The position numbers were made by a program, and so were the translations under genes. A stretch of DNA of 64,000 nt from Callorhinchus milii (lineage: Eukaryota): positions 101,496,001-101,560,000 of the forward strand of contig NW_024704743.1 in the NCBI RefSeq assembly GCF_018977255.1. Direction: 5' to 3'. Every line of letters begins with the position of its first letter. Position 1 is the stretch's first letter. Below the pieces are notes generated by a model, which worked only from the letters and a program-made list of their open reading frames with translations, ran no database searches and was not told where the DNA came from. Positions 1-11,319 of this stretch are shown piece by piece.

Positions 1-2
1 CT

Positions 3-182
3 TTTGTCGATTTTAGTGGCAAAAAGAATGGTTATGTTTGGTGGTATCTAAGGTACATTTTTACTGAAGGTTTAGGACCACAACAAATAGAATCTATCGA
101 CAACATAGAATTTCTGGAGCCTGTTTGCAGAAAATTATATTCCTCGCACGTCCAAACCACCAATACAAAGAAATCTTTGTGA
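3..182 (+). CDS. 3' end of an unidentified protein-coding gene, 5'-partial (FVDFSGKKNGYVWWYLRYIFTEGLGPQQIESIDNIEFLEPVCRKLYSSHVQTTNTKKSL*)
   Basis: Frame 3 is open from the window start to TGA at 180-182 with protein-like composition. It is non-repetitive and followed by AATAAA at 309-314. A ttttag at 11-16 could alternatively be the acceptor. Not in the ORF track (5'-partial, 59 aa). Confidence 0.6.
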   Translation, partial: FVDFSGKKNGYVWWYLRYIFTEGLGPQQIESIDNIEFLEPVCRKLYSSHVQTTNTKKSL

Positions 183-308
183 TCTCTGTCACCCAAACAG
201 CAGTAGCAGAGCTCAGGTGATGCTCTATAAAATCTGATAGTTTTGATCCTGTCTTTGCTCGCAATTCTGCTGTGTTACATTCATTGCACTTATTCTGAAC
301 TTTGTACA

Positions 309-314
309 AATAAA
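309..314 (+). terminator. Candidate polyadenylation signal of the upstream + strand gene
   Basis: AATAAA ~130 nt after the stop codon, in AT-rich 3'UTR-like sequence. Confidence 0.45.
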
Positions 315-664
315 GTTACAGAGGTCAGAGTCCTTCAACAAATAGCAAATTTGTCCAATTGCTTTCTACTAGCCTGACAAAAATTATTGATTAAAACAGT
401 GTATTTTACTTATGATGTTTTATTTTATTGCAATACAAATTCTATTTAATTTTAAAATAATGCATCTCAGAGTGTTCAAATGACCTCTCTCGTTACAGAT
501 GAAACTATAAAAAAAAGTACAGGAATGGGTTAGACATTTCCAGGAAATTTTCTTCAGGAAATATAACAACCTTGAATACTTACATTTTCCTAGTGGAGAG
601 CAAGAGATTGGTAAACAATTACATCATAGGGAGCACAGATTATCTAACTCATCTGAGTCCCACA

Positions 665-890
665 ATTCCACCTAGACTTAGTTTTTAGGTCATACAAGGC
701 TTAGCTGGTCTTAAATTTTACGATTGTGCAGAATTGGGAATAATTCTTGAATTTAATCATAAATTGGAAGTCGTTTTTTGGTAGTCCCTTAAAAACTGAG
801 CATCTTTTTAACTATTAGGCTGAATTTAAGAATTTTCTACAATTCATGCTGTGTTTGTAAATTTTAAGACAAAATTGCCTACAGGCTAAG
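665..890. mobile_element. Degenerate foldback/MITE-like element
   Basis: Imperfect inverted arms at ~708-755 and ~821-870; a related fragment lies at ~23000-23093. Confidence 0.45.
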
Positions 891-969
891 ATTGGTCAGG
901 TCAGTCTGGCTGACCGATATGAATCTTTAATTTTAACAATGATGTCATTAGTGCATTCATGAATGCACA

Positions 970-1718
970 TTCCACCTCACCAAACCAGTCTGGAACCTAG
1001 GCATCTTGTTTGACCCTCAACTGTCCTTTCTCCCCCACATCTGTGCCATGACCCTCTCTGCCTTCCCCCACCTCTCCAATATTGCCCGCTCTACCACTGC
1101 CTCACCCCTCAGGTCGCCAAAACCCTCATTCACGCATTCATCATATCTAGGCTCGACTACACCAACTCCCTGCTTGTCAGCTTCCCCAACTCTTCGCTCC
1201 CCAAATTGCAGATCATCCAGAACTCTGCAGCTCGTGAACAGGCTCCATGACCCCATCACCCCCACCATCACCCAGCTCCACCGGCTCCCCATCCTTCAGA
1301 GGGCAGAGTTCAAAATCTCGTCTTCACCTTCAAGGCCCTCCATGGCCTTGCCCCTTCCAACTCTGTGACCTCCTAACCCCTCATCAACCCATCGCTCAGC
1401 AGGCTCTGGCCTGCTCCACCTCCCCCGCCCCACCATTGGCGGTCGGGCCTTCAGCGTTTCTGCCCCCACCCATTGGAACTTCATCCCTCATTCCTTTTAT
1501 CTCACTCCCTCCCTTGCCTCCTTCAAGGTACGTCTCAAGACCCTCCTCTTCAGCCATGCCTTCGGCCACCCTCCTATCCTCCCTGCCCTCCACTCTGCCT
1601 TATCCCAACCCGCCAATGCCCATCCCTCTTTCGGATCCAAATCCCTGACTGCCCAGCACCTTGGGACGTCTTCCCGACGTGAAAGGCACTATACAAATAT
1701 AATTTTGCATTGTATTAG
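970..1718 (+). mobile_element. L2-clade LINE, 3' fragment, degenerate
   Basis: Peptides LFDPQLSFLPHI and ITPTITQLHRLPI..RAEFKI; ends in gggacgtcttcccgacgtgaaaggcactatacaaat plus (ttgta)n. Confidence 0.9.
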
Positions 1719-2051
1719 TAAGACAGGAGCAGGTTCATTAACATTATTGTATTTATGGGTCTTACGATTTGGTATTGCAGCTGTTGCCAAGATACCTTGA
1801 TCCACAATGAATGACAACACTGACGATATTTTTATCGTGCTATATGGTTATATCATGTTGAAATATCTCAAAGGAATTCACAACTAACTAATGCCAAGTG
1901 CAGGGACTGTTTTTATAGCTAATTGTCACAACCATTTGGATCAACAAACAACCATAAGGTGAGTGACCAATTAATCTGAAGAATTATTGAAAAGGACACC
2001 AGGAGAAACTCCATTCTCTTTCCCCTCTTTTTCCGAATTAACGTCTATATG

Positions 2052-4378
2052 AACAACAACAACAACAAGATTCCAGTTATAGAGCGCCTTTCACGTCGGG
2101 AGGACCTGCTCAAATTCTGACCTCCCTGGGTCAGGATCCGAGCAGGGGGAAAATGGTCAGGGTGAGGAGAGGGAAGGGAGGGAGCGAGGAGTGGGTAGAG
2201 AGTCGAGAGGGGAGCTGAAGGCACGGTCAAAAAGAAAGGTCTTGAGACTGGCCTTGAAGGAGGAAAGGGAGGAAGCAAGGTGAAGGCACTGGGGGATGGA
2301 GTTCCAGAGCCTAGGGGCTGAGAGGCTGAAGGCCCAGCCACCGATGGTAGGGCGGTTGGGGCGGGGGATGTGGAGCAGACCGGAGCCAGAGGAACGGAGG
2401 GTACGGGCAGGTAAGTAGGGGGATAGTAGGTTGGAGAGGTAGGAGGGAGCAAGGCCATGAATGGCCTTGTAGGTGAGGATGAGGATCTTGAATTCGATCC
2501 TCTGGGGGATGGGGAGCCAGTGGAGGCGAGCGAGGGTGGGAGTGATGTGGTCCCGAAGCCTGGTGCAGGACAGTACACGAGCTGCAGAGTTCTGAATGAC
2601 CTGCAGCTTGTGGAGGGAGGTGCGGGAAGGCCGGCGAGGAGAGAGTTCCCATAGTCCAGCCTTGAGGTGATAAAGGCGTGGACCAGAGTTTCAGCAACGT
2701 GAGGGGTGAGGTAGTGCCGTAGTCTGGCGATGTTCCGGAGCTGATGGAAGGCGGTGCCAGTTGTGGCGCGGATATAAGGGAGAAAGGATAGCTCAGGGTC
2801 GAACAGAACCCTGAGGTTCCTGACTGGCTTTGAGAGGTGGAGAGTGCAGCCTTGGATGCTGATGCTGTCAGCGCCTGAGGTGCGGAGGCGCTGACGTGAG
2901 CCAATCAGGAGGGCCTCAGTTTTGCGCACGTTGAGCTGAAGAAAGTTATCTCTCGTTCAGGACTCGATGTCGGACAGGCAGCTGTCAGGACATCGGTGGT
3001 CGTGGAGTTGAGGGTAGAGGAGGAAAGGTAGAGTTGGGTGTCATCCGCATATGTGTGGAAGTTAACTCCATGTCTGCGGATGATGCCACCAAGGGGGAGC
3101 ATATAGAGGGTGAAGAGGAGGGGTCCGAGGACAGAGCCCTGAGGGACACCGCACGAGACAGTGCGGAGGGTGGAGGAAAAGCCGTTCGTGGAAACAAAGT
3201 GAAGACGGTGGGAGAGGTACGACCTAAACCACTCAAGGACAGGGCCTTGAAGGTTGAGGTGGGAGGACAAGCGGTGGAGGAGGATAGCGTGGTCGACCGT
3301 ATCGAATGCTGCCGATAGGTCGAGGAGGACGAGGAGGCAGAGGGAGCCCTGTTCGCAGATGGTCAGGATGTCATTGGTGACCTTGACCGGGGCGGTTTCT
3401 GTGCTATGGGCAGCACGGAAACCCGACTGAAAGGGTTCGAATAATGAATGGGTTGAGAGGAAAGAGCGCAGCTGGGAGGCGACAACTCGTTCCAGGACCT
3501 TGGACAGGAAGGGGAGGTTGGAGATGGGCCGGTAGCTTGATAGCTGCGACGCATCAAGGGAGGGTTTTTTCAAGGTGGGAGTGATGGTGGCAGTTTTTAA
3601 GGGAATGGGAACAGAGCCAGAGGAGAGGGACAGGTTGATGATGTTTGTGATATGTGGGGCAAGGAGGTGGAGCTGGGAGATAAGGAGTGGAGTGGGGATG
3701 GGGTCAAGGGAGCAGGTGGTGGGTTTCAGGGATAGGATGAGTTTGGTGACAGAAGGTGGGGAAACGGGTACAAAAGTGTGTAGGGGAGGATGGGTAGGAG
3801 TCGGAGTGTGGGAGGGAGGGGGTGGGGGGTGAGTCGATGTTGGAGGGGAAGTAACCGTGCAGCGGATTCCCTTGATTTTGGATTCAAGGAAATCCAGCAT
3901 CTCCTCACAGTGAAGGTTGGAGGAGATGACCTGCGCGGGGTGGCGGGGGGGACGGAGGAGTCGGGATGTGGTAGAAAACAGAAGCCTGGGGTTGTTCTTC
4001 GCCTCCAGGATTATCCTGGAGTAGAAGGACGACTTGGCCGAGGCTGGAGTGGAGCGGTAGATTTTGAGGAGGTCCAGCCAGATTTGTTGCTGAACCGTTA
4101 GGCCAGATTTGAGGCAGGTACGTTCAGCGGCCCGCACCTGGCTCTTCAGTGAGCGGAGGTGGGTGGTGAACCAGGGGGAGGAGCGAGAGTAGGAGACAGT
4201 ACGGGAGGTGATGGGGGCAAGAGTGTCGAGTGTGGAGGAGAGGGTGTTGTGGAGGAGGGTGAGAGGAGAAGAGGGGTCAGTGAGGGTTGAAGGCCAGCGG
4301 GAGAGGAGTTCAGAGGACTCCAAGGCAGCGGTTAGGGATTGTGGGGGTAACTTCTTCCAGAGGGTAACTTCTTCCAGA
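2052..4378 (-). mobile_element. Young L2-clade LINE, 5'-truncated ORF2 (reverse transcriptase), disrupted
   Basis: ORF 2905-4398 carries RT motifs [49 protein letters not shown] and YADD. A 1-bp deletion near 2980 relative to the 45.8-kb copy shifts the frame. (GTT)n tail at 2052-2068. Confidence 0.95.
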
Positions 4379-4694
4379 ACAGGCAGACAAGAGCTCATTT
4401 TAACTACTCATCCAAATGACATTACTGAAGTGTACCCAACTATGCAAACAGCCCCACCTTAGCTATCTGGGATGTTCCACAAATGCGAAGCAAGCAAAAT
4501 ATGCAAATAAGTAAAGCTTTGCAAATTTGAATGGTGATGGGAGAAAGAGGAGAAACAATGTATGATATTTACTAGGAGTATTAACTTGATTAAGTACATG
4601 ACATATCGGCATTATCTCTTACTGATCCCTGACATTTCTGTTATGTGTTTATAATGAGATATCCTGCAGTGAAAATCTCAGGAAGGATATACTA

Positions 4695-4930
4695 CTTTGG
4701 AGGGTGTCTAGGAATGGTTTGCTAAATTAATACCAGGCCTGAATAGACTTAGTAATGATGAGAGACTGGCTAGACTGGGGTTATGTTTCTTAGAGCTGAG
4801 GAGGTTAAGAGGTGATTTGATTAAGGTATTTAAAATAATGAAAGGAATTGACAGGTTAGATCGTGGACGACTCTTCCTTGTGGTAGAGGGATCCATTACA
4901 AGGAGGTCATAGCCTTAAAATAAAGAACTA
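4695..4930 (+). mobile_element. CR1 LINE ORF2 C-terminal fragment
   Basis: Encodes ERLARLGLCFLELRRLRGDLIKVFKIMKGID, the typical CR1 C-terminal motif. Confidence 0.8.
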
Positions 4931-5049
4931 AGATAGATACAACTGATGCCTAGGGAGGGGTGAAATTCATTCTCTCTGACGCCAAAACACAGAACCAACT
5001 TACCTGAAGCAATCTACGTACATGAGTTAAGTCATTTCTTATCTTTAGA

Positions 5050-5577
5050 TAATAATAATTTTTGCATTTGATTTAGTGTCTCATTACATATTTAAGATGT
5101 CTCGAGAGCTTCACCAGATTTACTATAAAGCATAGTGACTGTCTATTTTGTAGGCTAATGCAGCAGCCAATTTATGCACCACAAAGTCCCATGAACAGCC
5201 ATGAGTAGATGATGAATTTTATTTAAATGATTGCTGGCTGGGACACTGGGAGAAACACCCTTCTTTTTTTTGAATAGTGCCATGGGATCTTTAACATCCT
5301 CCTGAACAAGTAGACAGGACCTGGGTTTAATGCTTCATCTGAAATTTATCATTCTTGACAAAAGTATAATTGGGAGGGAGTTTCTCCCAATGTCCTGGTC
5401 AAAAATCAAGTAAAACTGCTCATGACTGTTTGTGGGACATTGCATGCATTAATTGGCTGCTGTGTTTGCCTACAAAACACACAGTCACTAAGCTTTGCAG
5501 GAAATCGAGTGATTTGCTTTGAGACGTTCTCCTGGTGTGAAAGGCACAAGCTATAATAAATGTAAGAATGATTATTA
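5050..5577. mobile_element. Two degenerate Deu-domain SINE fragments in opposite orientation
   Basis: Deu core (tgtttgtgggacattgc..aattggctgc) on - at ~5050-5345 and on + at ~5375-5577. Confidence 0.7.
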
Positions 5578-6864
5578 GTTGTGCGACATTAATTAACTGA
5601 GAGTGATGTAGGTTTCAACAAGGCCGCGGGCCTTAGGCAAACAGCCTCCTTTCTACTTGACCCACCCCCCGCAGCACGGTTTCTTAGTCAGTCTAGTTGA
5701 GAAAAGTTGCTGCAGTTTCAGTGTTTCACAAGCGCTAGTTTCGAGTGTTCTGTCACATTCCTGGGTTGCAACAGAAGAATGTACAGATCTACATTCAGAA
5801 ACACTACCAGCCGCTCTTCCCTTTTCACCTCATTTTTCTTTAGTCCTTAACACTTTGATATCACCATGCCGGGTTGATGAACTGTGAGTTTATGTTCAGA
5901 GCAAATACGTTAACCCGTAATTTCCACATAAGAACCAAAAAGAGTGCATTAACAAGAACATGCCACCACCTGTTTGCAATATGCATCTGTTGTAATTCGT
6001 TCTGTTTACCCTCACCCACCTTTCGCAGTCTCGGCAGCCTGAAAAAATACTTTTATTATTTACAGTCTGTTCTAAGAAGCAGTCATCAAGGTTGATTGTG
6101 GGTTGATGTAGAGTTTATTGTTGCTGGCTAGGCTCCCTACACCAACAGGTGCCAGGCACTCTGAGCTACACTCCTGTAAAATATTGACTCTGTGATACGA
6201 GCACAAGCAATGATAGATTCTGTTTACATGTACTGGAGACTACCGCTTCCCTCTATGTCCAGATTCCACTGACAATAAAAGTTTATAACTGCAAGTTACC
6301 TTCAGACCCATTCCTACCCTCCGCCTCACTACCAATAGGCTGGGAGGAAGGTTTATTTTGGTGAATTAGATTCAGGGTTCTGAATTAGGCTGCCTATGAG
6401 GAATTCAGCCCCGTCTCTGAAACCATTGGATTTATGGAAAGAGTGAGGTTGGCTAAGTTCCCAATTCTGGGACTGCACATCTCCTACACTCCACAAACCT
6501 TGGGCAAAAGCAAACAACTGCTTCTGAAATGTTTGAGCAACTTGAAAATGCTGTGGAACTACAAGAATAGGGCAATGTAAATGTTTTACCCTTTTTGAAA
6601 AGAAAACATAACCTTTTATTATAAATAGTAGAGAAGGATCCTTTTAAACAAAACCATGGGGAAATGGAACATTTTGAAACTTTATTTGTAATAATAATAA
6701 GCTTTGCATTTGATATAGCACCTTTCACATTGGGAGGACGTCTGAAAGTCTTCACAAGTATGGTGACTGTGTGTTTTTGTTCAGTCCAGTTTGGTAAATA
6801 GAGTTGAGCTGATATTTTTCAGTATGTCTTTGAACGTCAACAGTTACAAACTGTGACGAAACAA

Positions 6865-7410
6865 ATAATAATAATAATTCTTGCATTTGATATAGCATCT
6901 TATCATGTCTTCGAGACGTCTCAAAGCGCTTCACAGAATACCCTGTAAAGTGGAGTGACTGTGTATTTTGTGGGCAAAACGCGGCAACCAATTGTGGACA
7001 GCAGTGTCCCATAATTGTGGATTGAGTGACCAAATTACTATTGTTTATTCCCATCCTATCAATATTCTTCAAGCAGTAAAATAATGTTTAAGGAATATCA
7101 GAGGATATTTCAAAGCACTTTACAGCGTTTACTGGGAAGTGTATGACTGTGTATTTTGTCAGTGAATGAGGCAGTCAATTTGCACATAGCTATGTCCCAC
7201 AAACAGGTATCAAGTGAATGACCAATTTTATCTTGGGGATTGCTGTCCATAATGCTAGGAGAAACTCCCTTCTCTTTTTGATTAGTGCCTTGGATCTTAA
7301 ACGTCCACCCAAACAGGCAGACGGGACCTTGGTTTAATATAATATTTGATTAGAAGGATGGCAGTGTTTTTCCCCAGCACTGCAGAGGAGTGTCAACCTA
7401 GACTATATGA
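6865..7410 (-). mobile_element. Two tandem truncated Deu-domain SINEs
   Basis: (TTA)n tail, gcatttgatatagc and Deu core, reverse-complemented at ~6865-7045 and ~7100-7410. Confidence 0.75.
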
Positions 7411-7872
7411 GTCACAAGTGAAGCATATTGTATTAGACAAACAGATGTGAGGGAACAGGTGATTTCTGCAAAATGAAGCCACTCCTTTCATGACTACAGG
7501 AAAAAAAAGAAATAGAGAGGCCTATGTTGGAGGTTTAAAGCACTAATCATAAACTTCTGCAATAAACATTTTATATTGTCTGCGTGGAACAATCTCTAAC
7601 GTAACAATTTTACAAGAAATAACAAGTGTTTTTGGGGGGAGAAATATAGGATTGGAGTTGTGGAAAACAGTGTAATCATTAATGGAACTTGAAGAGTTAA
7701 ATAAATTTGCAATACTGTATCTTAATGTCAAGTGTCAGAAATCATTGATACTTTCATGGTGTGTGCATTTTGAATGCAAAAGAAGTGCCCCACATATAAA
7801 GAAAGGTCAGATTTTATGGTGAAGAACCGGGTGAAGGTTACGATTCATGTATGGTTGTAAACTGTGAAGGGA

Positions 7873-7921
7873 TTATATTGGTTCCTCCGTGTCTGTCAAA
7901 CAACCATCATCGGAACTGCCG
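7873..7921 (-). CDS. Putative terminal coding exon of an unidentified - strand gene ((C)GSSDDGCLTDTEEPI*)
   Basis: Acceptor tttaaattcag|C, open to TAA at 7875-7873. Phase 2 matches the donor of exon 8365-8430 (TG|C = Cys). Confidence 0.55.
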
Positions 7922-8364
7922 CTGAATTTAAATTACTTTTTTACTTACAAAGGAAATTCAGTAATAATCCCAGGGCAAACATTAACATATGAGATTCAGG
8001 ATTTTTTTTAGCAATATACCATACAATGTGCCTCAAAAGTGGTAAAGTTTAATTCAAATAACATTAATTTGATCAAAAAAATGCACCTCTCGGGCTTCGA
8101 AGTTGCCATAAAAGTTGCAAAACATTTTCAAAAGAATCTAATGCATTAAATTCATATGTGCAGAACTCAAGGTCCAGAATGATTTAAAGTGAGGCTTACT
8201 CAGAGGCTTGTCAAATTCAAGTAGTTGTGTTGTGTTGTTCTTGCCCATTAGGCAAATTCCACAGTTATCACAATCTACAGTGTTTGCAGCATTATGATGT
8301 GTTTTGATATGTTCTATTATTATCTGTTTGTTAGCCAGCATTGTTAGCCAGTATTATAATTTAC

Positions 8365-8430
8365 CATGACTTAGGTAGGGTTAAGCACTCTCTCTTTTCA
8401 TATGATGTTAAATCTATCCAGGCTGTGTTC
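8365..8430 (-). CDS. Putative internal coding exon (NTAWIDLTSYEKRECLTLPKS)
   Basis: Acceptor gtgttgtttcag|G and donor TG|gtaaat; 66 nt, phase 2-2, open frame, unique sequence. Confidence 0.55.
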
Positions 8431-8731
8431 CTGAAACAACACCCAAGCTTGACATCAGTTTAGGACAGGGACCAGGTGTAAAAAATAGTCTTCTTATTCA
8501 GTCTCGTGCATTACATGATTATGTTTGACTTGATTATTTACAAAAGTGGCTTGACAAACATTGTCCTTTTGTGGGGGAGAAGGGTTTCCCTGATACCATC
8601 CAGTTAAATATACCAGTTTGCTATGGTTAGGAAGATGCATAGGACTTATTTATGTTTAGATTTGAGGATTTGATGCAAAACCCGGAAAGTGTCTGCCTGG
8701 ATTGTAAACCCAAGTCTCTAATAATCATATA

Positions 8732-8911
8732 AATAATAAATCCATGCATTTGATATAACGCTTTTCACACCTTTGAGCCGTCTCAAAGCGCTTCACAGGA
8801 TATACTGTAAAGTGAATTGACTGTATTTTTGTGGGCGAAATGCGGCAGCCAATTGCACATGGCAGTGTCCCACAAAACAGTCATGGATTTTAAATGACCA
8901 ATTTATTATTA
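8732..8911 (-). mobile_element. 5'-truncated Deu-domain SINE
   Basis: Tail and Deu core match the full-length copies at 26214 and 61636. Confidence 0.85.
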
Positions 8912-9521
8912 TGAGAATCCCACCTATTACGCCAAGTTAACACTTTCAATGTACATTTCACATGAACCAAATTAATGGAACAGTAAGATAATAAAATGCA
9001 ATTGCTAGTTGTTTACTGTTAGTTTGGACTTAATATTTAATTCAAGAATAAACTAAATTTTCTGGTAGACATCTGCAGGCTTTCATTGATTCATTCTATT
9101 CTGTATTTTTAGTTTTGGAAAGTAGACCATAGCATTCTCAAACTACATTTACACAGACCTAATTGGTTTTGGGAGTGATGGAAATAGAGTAAGCAAAGAG
9201 ACTTATGTGAGTCATGGTGCTTTACACCAATCTCTCGGTAAACTACAAAGAGATTACACTGGCGACTTTCTGTACGGGTTGAATATAAATTCCAGGCAAA
9301 CTGAATTAAGGAGGAAAACCTGGTGCGACCAAACACATTTTTACTGTAGAGTGATGTGATCATACCCATGACCAATCTTTAGTTATCGACTGGTCTACCA
9401 TGTATAAAAATAAATAAAACTTACATTTGATTCCTCCCAATCCTTACATAAATTTATCAACGACGTGTCACCCCACCTCACAATTTTCACCCCATTATTA
9501 CATATATTTATATATTATATT

Positions 9522-9630
9522 CTAGCTGTACCCATTGCAGCTACACTTACAACCAAAGGATCCAATATGGAATGTAGATTGACACACAGACAGACACACA
9601 GAAAGACATTTCATTTTTATCTATATTAAT
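9522..9630 (-). mobile_element. Short non-autonomous Helitron-like remnant
   Basis: Minus strand runs TATAGATAAAAATGAAATGTC(TGTC/TGTG)n ... GCAATGGGTACAGCTAG, with a CTAG 3' end. The flanking base is not the expected T. Confidence 0.4.
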
Positions 9631-9899
9631 CTGGGAGGACTCTTGTGGGAGGACTTTGTTGCTGAGTTTCATTTGATAGGCCTTCTCTCTTTTGTCTAGC
9701 ATTTTTACTCATCCTTGGAAGGTTTGATTTTCGCTTAGGCATCTTTATAATGATAAATACAAATATATAATTTATAATTTATAATCACTGGGACGTTCTT
9801 CCGATGTGAAAGGCACTTTAAAAATATAATTTTATTGTTGTTGCTGCGGCTTAGCTTTGTCTGTGTTCTTTATTTTGTTCCTGCTGTAACTTGGCTGGT

Positions 9900-10243
9900 G
9901 CATACTCTGTGATGCAAGATGCCACAACGCTATGATCAGCCGGCGCAGCCACCAGGTGTAACTGCAGTGCATGCATACATATCTACATGCTCTGTGATGC
10001 ATGATGCCACAATACCACTTTGACTTGGCGGCCATTTTGTGTAACTGCAGCAAAGAATGCAAAATTGAAATACATTTTAGGTCATAACTCATGAAAGTAG
10101 GAGATACCCGAAAACAAATATACCCATGTCACTCCCAGTAGTAAGACCTTTCCGATAAGGTAAAAATCATGTCTCTATGCCAATCGGTTATTGAGATCCT
10201 TCTTGAAGCGCAGACAGACATTGTCGTTTTATTAGTATATAGA
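9900..10243 (-). mobile_element. Non-autonomous Helitron-like element, 5' part
   Basis: Minus strand begins A|TCTATATACTAATAAAACGACAATGTCTGTCTG, resembling Helitron 5' ends. The 3' end was not identified. Confidence 0.45.
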
Positions 10244-11319
10244 TAGGTATAGAAGAAGAAGATATATAGAATCAGCAGACAGGCTCTCAGCCATATGTAA
10301 CCCCCTCGCCCCCCCCGGAACTGAATCATGGAGTTCTCCGACTCAGTTCCTCTACCCACTTGGTTAAGGCATGTCTCAAAATGTACCTTTTTGACCGGGC
10401 TTTCAGCCATATTCCCCCACTCAAACCACCTCAGCTCCCACCTCAGCACGGGTACCCATCAAGCTTTGAGATGTCCTCTCAACATGAAAATCATTATATA
10501 AATGTACATTGTATTGTATAGGAAGCTGCCCTGAAAGTATCTGCAGCAAGTTCTAGTCTGGTACATTGCAATACATTCAGTCATGAAGTTAATGCAGGGC
10601 GAGTTGGAGTTCAAAGCAAAGCGGATTTCATCTCCTGAAGATCTGTTCATTAACCACAGAGCACAGTGAATTCCTCTTTGACCTCATGCTACCATCATGT
10701 AAGCAGCAGTTTAAACAGTAATTTGATTTAAGAGCATAGATCATGTCTTTGACATATTGTTTGATGTGGTAAGCCAGGTATGTGGGTGGGCTGAAAAATG
10801 TTTGTGTCATTTGGCACTTGCGTTACCAATAATCTCAGAAGTCTCTCCGCAAACAGGTGATTCAAAATAAAGTTACTGAAGGACTGAGAACAGACAGAAA
10901 ACGAAGTAAGGGTTTCAGATTGTCAAGGTATTTACAGAAGTGTTCAAGTCAATTGAATAGAAGTTAAGCATTGACTTCTCCAAAATGGGTTAGTTCATTT
11001 TAAACAGCTGCCTTTAGTTCAAATGGGTTTCTGTGACAATTGAGCAACTCTGTTAGAATATTTTATAGCAATTTAATAGGAGTTAACATGTTCAGAGGAT
11101 ATTGAATCTGAAATTCCATCTAATTTTAGCCTATTAGATAATTTTGTCTGGAATGTAAGATTGTGTAAAACTCCAGAAAATCCTGAAATGCAGTTTTAAT
11201 TGGAAACTGTTTTTGTTTAGGAACTATAGAAAACAGGCTTCCAAATGAAGACTGATTTTAAGCATTTTGCACTATCCTGTGTAATATTGTAAACAAAACA
11301 TTCTTGCAGGCTCAGTCTA

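Noticed and set aside
2905..4398. Host or novel reverse transcriptase gene (retron/DGR-like)
   Set aside because: Plain L2 ORF2 fragment, truncated and frameshifted, with many paralogous copies in the window.
8087..8274. Exons CDNCGICLMG.. and ILLKMFCNFYGNFEARE
   Set aside because: Splicing from 8365 into either creates TGA, and the intron between them would be only ~60 nt.
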